Positions 40,676 through 50,048 of a stretch of 64,000 nucleotides of DNA are shown here, one piece after another (the stretch's first letter is position 1; each line of letters begins with the position of its first letter). Position numbers and translations under genes: made by a program. The DNA comes from an uncultured cyanobacterium (GTDB lineage: Bacteria; Cyanobacteriota; Cyanobacteriia; Cyanobacteriales; Nostocaceae), in NCBI GenBank assembly GCA_963706595.1, contig OY970166.1, positions 1,888,001 to 1,952,000 of the forward strand, written 5' to 3'. Under the pieces are notes generated by a model. That model had not been told where the DNA came from and ran no database searches. It was given only the letters and a program-made list of their open reading frames with translations.

Positions 40676-42067
40676 TTAGATGTTACACTTTACAAGTCTC
40701 GACGCGAAAGAAGAGATAACATATCCCTCGTAACCAATACTACCCTCCAAAATATTACCATACTCTATAGGTAGGTGGGCTTCAGGTGCTTTTAGATCAA
40801 ATGTAATATCTTTGTACTTCAACCAGTCTCCTCCTTTTCTCCATCCCACTTTGTCCCCAAAAGCGTCCCAGATTTTCTCGTCGTACTCTCTTGTTCCACC
40901 CAAACTTTGATAAATGCGCTTTTGGACAGAAAACCCAAATCGCCCATTACTATATTTTACCCACAACTGGTCAATAGTGCGGAGGTCTTCACAGGGAAAA
41001 TTATCAATATCTTCTTCATCTAACCAACCGTCTTCTTCCCGCTTCGCTACCGTTACTACTAGTAGTGCTGTTTCCTCATCTGCTTCTTTCCACTTCCCAG
41101 AAGCGAGTAAGTCACGCAGCTTTTTATAGTCCATCCCTACGGCTGATTTTAATCCCCCCTCCTCGCTTGCGGGGTTAGGGGGTGGGGTGATTCTCTCCTG
41201 CTGGCGCTGAGGGGTTGGTACTGGAGTGAAAACTAAACCCAAATTTTTGCGAAACTGCAACACCGTTGGGGTACGTTCTTCGGGTTCTAACGCCATCCCC
41301 TGTAAAATGGCATCATTCACCTTCTGACTAATACGGGAATTATAACTGCGTGGTTCTGGTAAAGGTTCATCATCATACTTACGATTTAGCGCAGGTACTG
41401 GGAATAGTTCGCCCTCTTTTTTGAGTCCGTCCGCAGTCAGCAGATAATATAAGGTTGCGGCTAAAGCGTAAACATCGGTATGGGAACCAAAGTTACCTTT
41501 GCGTCTATATTGTTCTATGGGTGCATAACCTTCTGTGCGTGAGTTAGTCATGCTTTGGGTAGCAATACTCCGAGTTAAACCAAAGTCAATTAACACCGCT
41601 TCTTGTTGATTTTTTCGTAAGAGGATATTTTGCGGTTTGATATCTCGGTGTAAGTGTCCCTTTTGATGAATATATTCTAAAGCCTGTCCAATTTGGTCTA
41701 TATATAATAGTGCTTCTGTTTCTAATAGTTGTCCTTTTTTCTGGACATATTCAAATAAAGTTACGCCATCTATATATTCCATCACCATGCCAAAAAGTTC
41801 ACCTTCTTGGATGACTTCATTAACTTTGAGTATATGGCGATGGTCAAAGCCTTTAATTGTCAAGGCTTCGTTAATAAATTTTACCTGTTCTTCGGCAAAG
41901 TCGTCTTTGACTTGCATTTGCTGATTCAGGGTTTTGATGGCGTATAATTTCCCTGTGTTGGTTTCTTGGGCTTTGTAGGTAATGCCAAAACCTCCGCAAC
42001 CCAAGGGTTTACCCTGAATGATAAATCTACCTTTGTTTATTGGTTGGTCGGGTTGCCAAATTATCAT
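40676..42067 (-). CDS. Ser/Thr protein kinase with C-terminal GUN4-like domain
   Basis: LGCGGFGITY, HRDIKPQN, DFG, GYAPIEQ; WKEADEET..IDQLWVKYSNGRFGFSVQ. Confidence 0.92.
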   Translation of the reverse strand: MIIWQPDQPINKGRFIIQGKPLGCGGFGITYKAQETNTGKLYAIKTLNQQMQVKDDFAEEQVKFINEALTIKGFDHRHILKVNEVIQEGELFGMVMEYIDGVTLFEYVQKKGQLLETEALLYIDQIGQALEYIHQKGHLHRDIKPQNILLRKNQQEAVLIDFGLTRSIATQSMTNSRTEGYAPIEQYRRKGNFGSHTDVYALAATLYYLLTADGLKKEGELFPVPALNRKYDDEPLPEPRSYNSRISQKVNDAILQGMALEPEERTPTVLQFRKNLGLVFTPVPTPQRQQERITPPPNPASEEGGLKSAVGMDYKKLRDLLASGKWKEADEETALLVVTVAKREEDGWLDEEDIDNFPCEDLRTIDQLWVKYSNGRFGFSVQKRIYQSLGGTREYDEKIWDAFGDKVGWRKGGDWLKYKDITFDLKAPEAHLPIEYGNILEGSIGYEGYVISSFASRLVKCNI

Positions 42068-42387
42068 GGATTTGTCAAGATATATACTCTGTCCTGTGGC
42101 GATGTCTACCTGGGAATCAGGGTGTGGTTTTGTATAAATTATAGTATAAACGATTAATTAAGAACCCCACCCCCAACCCCTCCCCGCAAGCGAGGAGGGG
42201 AGTTAAGAGATGCGTTGGGTGATGATCAGTTTTATACAAATGTGGGTAAGATGCTTACTCCACTCCCCCGACAGACCAGATCCCCGACTTCTTCAAGAAG
42301 TCGGGGATCTATATAGCGTAAAGCCTCCAGCTTAAACAAGGTTTTTTTTCTCCCCTGCTCCCTGCTCCCTGCTCCCTTGCCTCTTTT

Positions 42388-43914
42388 CTAAGCGCCTACG
42401 GATTCTTTGGCTGCATAAAGCACTTCGGCGTTAATCTCTTTGAAGCCTCTCTCACGGGCAAATTTCTCGGTGTTGCGTTTGACTTTACCTCGCACAAATC
42501 CGGGAATTTTGTTGAGTTCGGCTTGTCCGTCTTTCGACCAGTTGAGGTCTGAGTCGGCTGAGATTCCTTTGGTAATTACTTCTTTGGTGTCGTGTCCACC
42601 GAAGATTTCTAAGAGGTGATCTTCCATTCCCAAGGTGAAGGAGTTGTATATCAAGTCTGTGATCTGATTTGTTCCTTCGTAACCTAAAAATGGTTTGTAT
42701 CCTATGGGGAAGTTCTGGACGTGTATGGGTGATGCTATGACTCCACAAGGAATGTCTAAGCGTTTTCCTACGTGGCGTTCCATTTGTGTACCGAATATGG
42801 CTGAGGGTTCCACACGGGCGATCGCATCTCCAATTTCTCCGTGATCGTCGGTAATCAGCACTTCGTCACAATATTCGCTCACCTGTTCGCGGAACCAGTC
42901 TGCATCATATTTACAGTAGGTTCCCGCCCAAACTACGTGTATCCCCATTTCTCTCGCCAAAATCTTGGTCATGGCCGCAGCGTGGGTATTGTCGCCAAAG
43001 ACTACGGCTTTTTTACCAGTCAAGTTTTGACAGTCAATAGAACGGGAGAACCACACAGCTTGAGATACATTCATGGTTTGTTCGGTGATGAATGCTTCGT
43101 AATCAGCTTCAGCGCCTTGGGCGTTAATTACCTGCTGAATTTTACGGATACATCTGGCAGTTTCTACTACACCCATTGGGGTAATATCTACACAAGGTGT
43201 ACCGAATTGTTCTTCTAAGTAAGCAGCAGTGGCTAAACCCAGTTCTCGGTAAGGAACTAAGTTAAACCAAGCTTGGGGTAATTTTTTCAAGTCATGAACC
43301 GAAGCACCTTCAGGAATCATCGTATTGATTTCAATTCCTAAGTCAGCCATTAGCCGCTTGAGTTCGGTGCAGTCGTGGTTGTTATGAAAACCCAGGGTAG
43401 AATTACCTATAATGTTAACAGAAGGTTTTGCCGTTTTGCCTTCTGGTAATTCGCCCCGCTTCCGGGCTTTTTCGATGTAATACTGCACAATTTGGTGCAA
43501 TGTGCGGTCTGCGGCTTGCAGTTCGTTGAAGCGGTAGTGGTTGACATCTGCTAACATGACATCCCCTTTGGCTTCTAGCTGCGCCCGTTCTACAAAGTTG
43601 TGTAAATCTTCTTGGAGAATGCTAGATGTGCAGGTGGGAGTTAACACAATTAAATCGGGGTGTTCTTCACCATCTTTGCGGACTATGTTATCTACTACTT
43701 TTTCTTGAGAACCCCTGGCTAAAACGTTGCGGTCAACTACACTGGTGGTTACAGGGGTAAAGTTTTTCTCCCGTGATAACATGGAGCGCATGACGTTGAA
43801 GTAGTCATCGCCTAGTGGGGCGTGCATAATCGCATGGACGTTTTTAAATGAACTCGCGACTCGCAGTGTGCCGATGTGGGCTGGCCCTGCATACATCCAG
43901 TAAGCTAATTTCAT
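42388..43914 (-). CDS. chlB: Light-independent protochlorophyllide reductase subunit B
   Basis: [30 protein letters not shown]-terminal PCP-red domain [15 protein letters not shown]. Confidence 0.98.
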   Translation of the reverse strand: MKLAYWMYAGPAHIGTLRVASSFKNVHAIMHAPLGDDYFNVMRSMLSREKNFTPVTTSVVDRNVLARGSQEKVVDNIVRKDGEEHPDLIVLTPTCTSSILQEDLHNFVERAQLEAKGDVMLADVNHYRFNELQAADRTLHQIVQYYIEKARKRGELPEGKTAKPSVNIIGNSTLGFHNNHDCTELKRLMADLGIEINTMIPEGASVHDLKKLPQAWFNLVPYRELGLATAAYLEEQFGTPCVDITPMGVVETARCIRKIQQVINAQGAEADYEAFITEQTMNVSQAVWFSRSIDCQNLTGKKAVVFGDNTHAAAMTKILAREMGIHVVWAGTYCKYDADWFREQVSEYCDEVLITDDHGEIGDAIARVEPSAIFGTQMERHVGKRLDIPCGVIASPIHVQNFPIGYKPFLGYEGTNQITDLIYNSFTLGMEDHLLEIFGGHDTKEVITKGISADSDLNWSKDGQAELNKIPGFVRGKVKRNTEKFARERGFKEINAEVLYAAKESVGA

Positions 43915-44217
43915 GAATGTGTTCTCCCTTTGCAACTGAAATAACTATAAGTGCTTGATTATGAAATCGCTTCTGATTGTCTCAAATGTTGGAGTCGCAA
44001 TGAAAGGGGAGTTTTTGTTGATGGGGTTGGTAATTAATCGCTGAAACTGAGTGGGTGATTGGGGTTTAGCTTCTGGTTTTAACAATATTCATGTTGTTTA
44101 ATTAAATAACTCTTAATGATTGGACAAGTATTTTTATCAATTTTTGTTGATTGTTAAATTAATGCTAAGAATATTTTGCACCGCAGAGGCGCAGAGTACA
44201 CAGAGGAGAGAATACAT

Positions 44218-44955
44218 CTAGACTGTGGTGGGATTGCAGACTACTTCTTTAATTAATCGTCCGTCTTCCATCTGAATGATCCGGTCTGCTATGTCTAATA
44301 TGCGGTTGTCGTGTGTCACCATTAAGATGGCGCAGTTCTGTTCTCTGGCTAGTTGTTGCATGAGGTTGACTACATCTCGTCCCGTTGTACTGTCTAAAGC
44401 GGCGGTGGGTTCATCTGCTAGGACTAATTTGGGATGACTGACTAAAGCCCGCGCGATCGCCACTCGTTGTTTTTGTCCTCCGGAAAGATCCGATGGATAG
44501 TAATCTACTCGATTCCCCAATTTTACAGCGTTGAGCATCGCTTCTGCTTTCCGGTGTGCTTCTTTTGAGGAGATGTTTGTATGTAACTCTAGTGACATTT
44601 GGACGTTTTGTCGGGCTGTTAAAAAATCTAATAAATTATGAGCTTGAAAAATATAGCCAATATGACGACGTACTTTGACTAATTCTTCATTACTAGCTCC
44701 ATAAAGTTCTTTTCCTAAAAACTTGAGACTTCCATCTTGAATCGAACGTAAACCTCCAATTAAGGTCAGTAAGGTGGTTTTTCCTGAACCTGAAGGTCCT
44801 GTCATAATGACAATTTCTCCAGGTTGAATGGCTAAATTAATATTAAACAAAATCTGGAGCCTTAAGGCATTTTTTCCCAAGTATTGGTTCAGGTTTTCTA
44901 TTTTGACAATATATTGTTTTTGAATCTGCCGAGAGCCAAATTTATCTGTGTCCAT
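44218..44955 (-). CDS. devA: DevA-family ABC exporter ATPase
   Basis: MTGPSGSGKTTLLTLIGGLRS, IGYIFQAHNLL, LSGGQKQRVAIARALV, HDNRILD. Confidence 0.88.
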   Translation of the reverse strand: MDTDKFGSRQIQKQYIVKIENLNQYLGKNALRLQILFNINLAIQPGEIVIMTGPSGSGKTTLLTLIGGLRSIQDGSLKFLGKELYGASNEELVKVRRHIGYIFQAHNLLDFLTARQNVQMSLELHTNISSKEAHRKAEAMLNAVKLGNRVDYYPSDLSGGQKQRVAIARALVSHPKLVLADEPTAALDSTTGRDVVNLMQQLAREQNCAILMVTHDNRILDIADRIIQMEDGRLIKEVVCNPTTV

Positions 44956-44990
44956 CTGTGTTCATCTTTTTCTATGGGCGGTTAATACTT

Positions 44991-45403
44991 TCGGGGATGA
45001 AACCTCACCCCAACCCTCTCCTTAGTAAGGAGAGGGAGCAGGAATATATTTTAATTAACTAAGTTAAAAAATATCGGCTGGGTCTACATTTCGCAGCTTA
45101 TTTGTAGATAAGAATCCAGATACTAAAATCGGGAATGAAACCTCACCCCAACCCTCTCCTTAGTAAGGAGAGAGAGCAGGAATATATTTTAATTAACTAA
45201 GTTAAAATATATCGGCTGGGTCTACATTTCGCAGCTTATTTGTAGATAGAAATCCAGATACTAAAATCGGGGATGAAACCTCACCCCAACCCTCTCCTTA
45301 GTAAGGAGAGGGAGCAGGAATATATTTTAATTAACTAAGTTAAAATATATCGGCTGGGTCTACATTTCGCAGCTTATTTGTAGATAGAAATCCAGATACT
45401 AAA
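44991..45403. repeat. Three 138-bp tandem copies of the devC 3' end plus a REP-like hairpin
   Basis: Units start at 44991, 45129 and 45267; each holds CCCTCTCCTTAGTAAGGAGAG(G/A)G and the codons for LVSGFLSTNKLRNVDPADIF*. Confidence 0.9.
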
Positions 45404-46512
45404 CACATAATCATGGCTAGGCAAAATACAAATATTGCTCTTTCTGAATTCATCATTACAGGTAATTGAGTCGCGTTCTTGGCAATATCATATAAACCTA
45501 AAGATATGGCAAAACCTGGAACATAACCTAAAGATGCTAAAAGTATAGCTTGTTGGAAAACTATACTCAAAAGATATTTGTTTTTAAATCCCATCGCTTT
45601 GAGTGTGGCATATTCAGCTAAGTGATTAGAAATGTTACTATAGAGAATTTGATAAACGACTATCACACCGACAACAAAACCCATAGTCACCATGAAGTTA
45701 AACACAAACCCAATGGGTGTTCTCAGAGTCCAATAGTCTTTTTCTAATTTGATAAAATCTTCACGAGCAATGAGTTTGACATCTTGAGGTAACTTGGTTG
45801 CTAAATTTGCCAAAACTTTTTCCGGGTTAGCACCGGGTTTGAGCTTAATTAAACCTATATCTATATCTTGTACAGAACGCTCTTGGAATATCCTCAGAAA
45901 AGTTGAGATGCTCACTATTAAATTTCCATCGACTCCGAAGGAAGGACCTAAGCTAAATAAGCCGCCAATTTTGACTTTGTAACCAACTAAGCCAATATAG
46001 CTAAATATTTCAGCCACTACAGTTTTTCCCTGCTCAAAATTTTCAGCCACGGGTCCAAATTCTGGGCGAGATGCACTGTCAAATAAAACCTGATCAGGAA
46101 GTCGGATTAAGTGGAGATTTTGCTGAACGTTTGGTAGATTTATAATCGATGTTATTGGATTAAATCCCAATACATATATAGGGTATTTAAAACCAGTTTG
46201 GGGATTCTTTAGTTTAGCAAATTGTACATATAAAGGACTAACTGATTCTACATCTTCAGAGCCTAAAATCTGGTATAAACGCTGACGAGGAAAGCTTTGG
46301 TTAGATGTCAGAGATTGATATTGAATACTAATTAAAAATAGGTTTCCATCGAGATTCTTATGCAACTGTGTAGCACTTGCATAGAGTGCATCCTGAAAAC
46401 CAATTTGCAGAAACATCAGCACGGATACAAAAGCAATTCCAGCTAAGGCGACAATAAAGCGAGCTTTTTGTTTAACTAATTGTAGCCAAGCTAGAGGTAT
46501 GTTGAGAATCAT
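45340..46512 (-). CDS. devC: DevC-family ABC exporter permease
   Basis: IPLAWLQL, GIAF..LMFLQIGF, SFGVDGNLI, YQILYS, EYATLKAMG, DPADIF. Confidence 0.9.
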   Translation of the reverse strand: MILNIPLAWLQLVKQKARFIVALAGIAFVSVLMFLQIGFQDALYASATQLHKNLDGNLFLISIQYQSLTSNQSFPRQRLYQILGSEDVESVSPLYVQFAKLKNPQTGFKYPIYVLGFNPITSIINLPNVQQNLHLIRLPDQVLFDSASRPEFGPVAENFEQGKTVVAEIFSYIGLVGYKVKIGGLFSLGPSFGVDGNLIVSISTFLRIFQERSVQDIDIGLIKLKPGANPEKVLANLATKLPQDVKLIAREDFIKLEKDYWTLRTPIGFVFNFMVTMGFVVGVIVVYQILYSNISNHLAEYATLKAMGFKNKYLLSIVFQQAILLASLGYVPGFAISLGLYDIAKNATQLPVMMNSERAIFVFCLAMIMCLVSGFLSTNKLRNVDPADIF

Positions 46513-46599
46513 CTAGCTAACCTCAAATGTAAGTAGGCGGGTGTGAATAAAGCCGTCGTCATTTGTCTTTTATCATCGGGAAGGGTTTGAGGCGTTTAT

Positions 46600-47799
46600 T
46601 TATATGTCAATGAGTACCTGCACTTGTAAGTCGGTTAGAGTCGTAACTGGTTGGTCTTTAGGTAGCTGATCGAGGCGGATTTTGACATCAACTACTTTGT
46701 TATCTGTATTCACTTGGGGATTGAGATCAAAAATATTTTGTCTACTAACTTGCAAACCAATATCTGTAACTTTTCCGCGTAATTCTCCGCTAAAAGCATT
46801 GCTAGTAATCATGGCTGACTGTCCTAGACGTACTTTTTGAATATCGGTTTCATAGACTTCTGCAACGACATACATTTGTTGTGTGCGTCCTAACTCTGCT
46901 ATCCCGGCGCTGGTGATAATTTCTCCGGGGCGAGTGTTAATTTTCAGCACTTGGCCGTCGATAGGCGATCGCACTGAACTTAAATCCCAGTCAGCTTGGG
47001 CTTGTCTGACAGAGGCGATCGCACTCTCAACGTCAGTTTGTGCGGCTTGAATATCAGTAGGACGAACTTCCGCAATACTCTGGAGTCTAGCTTCAGCTTC
47101 ATTTAACTGCTTTTGCAGAGTTTCTACAGTCCGCTTCAGAGCCGCTTGAGCTTCATTTAGCTGCTGTCTGACAGTATCAACTCGCAACTGTTTGCTCTCT
47201 GCATTGGAAGCGGAAACCGCACCTTCATCATATAACTGTCGATATCGTCGATTTTCACTCTCAGCATTCCGCAACTCAGCTTCTAAACGAGCAATTGTGG
47301 CTTCTTGCGCCGAAACTTCTCCTCTCAATTGAGCTTCTAAACGAGCAATTGTAGCTGCTTGTGCAGAGATGTCTCCGGCTTTTGCTCCCGCTTTTACTTG
47401 GTTAACACCCGCTTGAGCAACTAAAACCTGTTTTTGGGCTTTTTCTAAAGCTGCAAGTCGAGTATAATAATTGTCTAAAATTGCCACCACTTCCCCTTGA
47501 GTCACCCAGTCCCCTTGATTAACCAAGAGTTTTGCCACCCGCACCCCCGTTTGGGAATTAGCAGCAGATAACCGAATCACTTCGCCTTGAGGCTCTAAAC
47601 GTCCTAAAGCAGCAACAGCAGTGATAGCAGGGGAACTGCTGGGTGTAATTAAAGTTTCCACTGTCGAAGTTGAACGATTGCGGGAAAAACTGTAGAAGGA
47701 AATTGTCCCAGTCGCTACAGCTATAGAAATTGCCAAAATTATTGACAACTGACTTACAGGTTTTGTGAATAACTGTCTTTGTTTGGGTACCATAATCAC
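46600..47799 (-). CDS. devB: DevB-family membrane fusion protein
   Basis: VAALGRLEPQGEVIRLS, VRSPIDGQVLKINTRPGE, MYVVAEVYETDI. Confidence 0.9.
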   Translation of the reverse strand: MIMVPKQRQLFTKPVSQLSIILAISIAVATGTISFYSFSRNRSTSTVETLITPSSSPAITAVAALGRLEPQGEVIRLSAANSQTGVRVAKLLVNQGDWVTQGEVVAILDNYYTRLAALEKAQKQVLVAQAGVNQVKAGAKAGDISAQAATIARLEAQLRGEVSAQEATIARLEAELRNAESENRRYRQLYDEGAVSASNAESKQLRVDTVRQQLNEAQAALKRTVETLQKQLNEAEARLQSIAEVRPTDIQAAQTDVESAIASVRQAQADWDLSSVRSPIDGQVLKINTRPGEIITSAGIAELGRTQQMYVVAEVYETDIQKVRLGQSAMITSNAFSGELRGKVTDIGLQVSRQNIFDLNPQVNTDNKVVDVKIRLDQLPKDQPVTTLTDLQVQVLIDI

Positions 47800-47925
47800 T
47801 TTTTTCTCAGTTAAAGATATGGAAAGAAATCCGGTTTGATTTATGAAAAAATTAAATATTGTAGGGTGCGTAAGGATAAAATCCGTAACGCACCATGATT
47901 AACGACTTTGTGCCGTACTCTCCCG

Positions 47926-48019
47926 TAGACATCTGGTGAAAAAGAATGTAGAGACGTTTCATGGAACCTCTCTACAACGGTTCTGTGATCACGCATATTT
48001 TATTTTCACCTGATGTCTA
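47926..48019. repeat. TIR element carrying the GTAG palindrome
   Basis: TAGACATCTGGTGAAAA / TTTTCACCTGATGTCTA; degenerate palindrome at 47947-47976. Confidence 0.65.
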
Positions 48020-48027
48020 ATAACTAC

Positions 48028-48351
48028 TTACTTGTTGAGGACTACCTCTTTTTTATTTTTCATAATTGCTAAGTATTCACGACGTGTTCCGTCTATTCGG
48101 TAATGGTCACAGATTTGGCAGAGTTTCAAAATATCCAATCGGCTGAATAGTTTTTGATGCTCAATGTTGTTATCAGTCCTCCATCGCCAAAAAGTTGTCC
48201 GGTCAATACGGCGATTACTCTCAGGCCATCTGCGTCGGGATAAGAAATCTACTATTTCTTGTTCATAAAACGAGTAGCCTTTAGGCAATTTTAACAGTTC
48301 TTCTCTTAACTCAACTAGCGGAATGAGTGGATCTAACTCAGATAGTCTCAT
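48028..48351 (-). CDS. Small protein, possible MerR/Xis-like helix-turn-helix
   Basis: 107 aa; IDRTTFWRWR..FSRLDILKL pattern resembles MerR-type HTH/wing (inference). Confidence 0.5.
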   Translation of the reverse strand: MRLSELDPLIPLVELREELLKLPKGYSFYEQEIVDFLSRRRWPESNRRIDRTTFWRWRTDNNIEHQKLFSRLDILKLCQICDHYRIDGTRREYLAIMKNKKEVVLNK

Positions 48352-49304
48352 GCCAGCAATCCTTTATAGTTTCGTGTCAGTCTAATTATGTAGAATGCTT
48401 GATGCAACACGGCTTCATTTTATGTAAGTGTATTTTCATCCTGAGTGAATTTCCATGAATAGAGGAATAAGATAATCAAGCAAGTTTATGTTTCTGTATT
48501 TCTCTTTTGGGAAAATTCACAGTATTTCATGAGATTTTCTATAACTTAGAATAAACAGGTTGATACTCAATTGCAACCCATACGCAACAAATTTGATGAT
48601 AAAAAATTGGCAAAATGGCAGAGAATATTTATGTGCATAAGTTATGCCAAACAACAATTATTCCCTAGATTTTTTCACCTGAAGAATGGATGTGTAATTA
48701 ATTAGTCAGGTGTTTAAAACCAGAAATAAAATTATTAGCAACTAAATTTACATTCCCTCACAAAAAAATCATTATTAAGTAGACTGACTTGATTGAATAT
48801 ACAATATTTCCAGTGATTTCAGGTGAAGATATTCGCCCTTGATAGGCACTGCAATGTTCCCTACGACAGATGTCGGGCAAATAAATTCAAACTGCTGTAT
48901 AGGGTATGCGATTCGCCAGCCTCAGACTTCTTAGCGATAAATTTTGTAGTCATTCGCTCACCAAGTGCTAATGTCTATACAAGCCTTGTCAGCTTTTTAA
49001 CTTAGTCCTGAATTTTAAAATTCTGCTTTCAAATCAAATCAATCTTTAGACAGATGGAAAAACTAGTGAGATAAATCAATTGAGTAATACTTGATTTTTT
49101 TCACAGCGTAAATATGCTACTTTATACAACAATTAGCCTGGGGAAATTAACGAGAATTTCGTTAAAAACGAAGATAATAAATGCGATTTATGCAATTTGT
49201 ATGCAATTTAGATCAATATAAATTTACTGTATGACATAATAAAAATTCAGATTGTAAATAACTATTTAACTAATAGTTATAGCCCTCCACATAACAGAGA
49301 TAAA

Positions 49305-49586
49305 ATGAGATTACAGCGATTCATGCTCTCATTACCAAGTTTTGATAATCAGAGGCTAATGTTTCATGCAGCTCGCCAGACTCTTCGGAAAGCGGAGATG
49401 GCACGCCTGGCAGTGCATGAATGGCTCAATCAGCACGATTTTGAGCTAGAGGAGTGGAAAAATAAAACCGCTTCTGAGCTAGAAATTAGTATTAGTGAGC
49501 TAGAGCAAAAATTATTAGCTGCTAATCAGCAACAGGTAATGAAAAGAAAGAAAGGTGATCATGCTGATTCAGAAACTAATTATTGA
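49305..49586 (+). CDS. Small hypothetical protein, possible ribbon-helix-helix-like regulator
   Basis: RFMLSLP..AEMARLAVHEWL pattern; basic C-terminus. Confidence 0.4.
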   Translation: MRLQRFMLSLPSFDNQRLMFHAARQTLRKAEMARLAVHEWLNQHDFELEEWKNKTASELEISISELEQKLLAANQQQVMKRKKGDHADSETNY

Positions 49587-49633
49587 GGAAGTTATCGAGT
49601 CCGATGTATAACCATGTAACTAATCACAAGTGA

Positions 49634-49735
49634 TATAGCCATCCTATTTGATTTATGAATTTATCGAACCGCCAAGTCGCCAAGGTCGCCAAGTGAAGAA
49701 GTAAAGAGGTTCAGAAATAATTTAGGACTGCTATA
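49634..49735. mobile_element. Inverted copy of the MITE-like element at 640-741
   Basis: Near-identical reverse complement, 102 bp. Confidence 0.7.
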
Positions 49736-50048
49736 TGTCCAAATTATTGCGCGCCGTTCACATCTTTTTGATTTATATCGAGTTGCATATAAGTTGCAAT
49801 CGAGAATCACCCAGTCTAATATGATTGCAATTGGTAAATTAATAGGATGATGTGCATGAGGAACAGGTTCGACATCAAACTATCCCAGCTAAAGTTGTAA
49901 AATAAGTTATGTGGCAACTTTACATATATCCGTAATTTATTGGTCAAAAGTAACCTTGACCTATGAGATGATTGCCAATTATCGGATTAACAGAATAACC
50001 ACTCTCAACACATCTATATTTCACAAGTAAAATAGTTAAGTTGAAGTC

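Noticed and set aside
44991..45403. Possible CRISPR array or DGR template/variable repeat
   Set aside because: Whole 138-bp units are repeated, there are no unique spacers, differences are not adenine-specific and no reverse transcriptase is present
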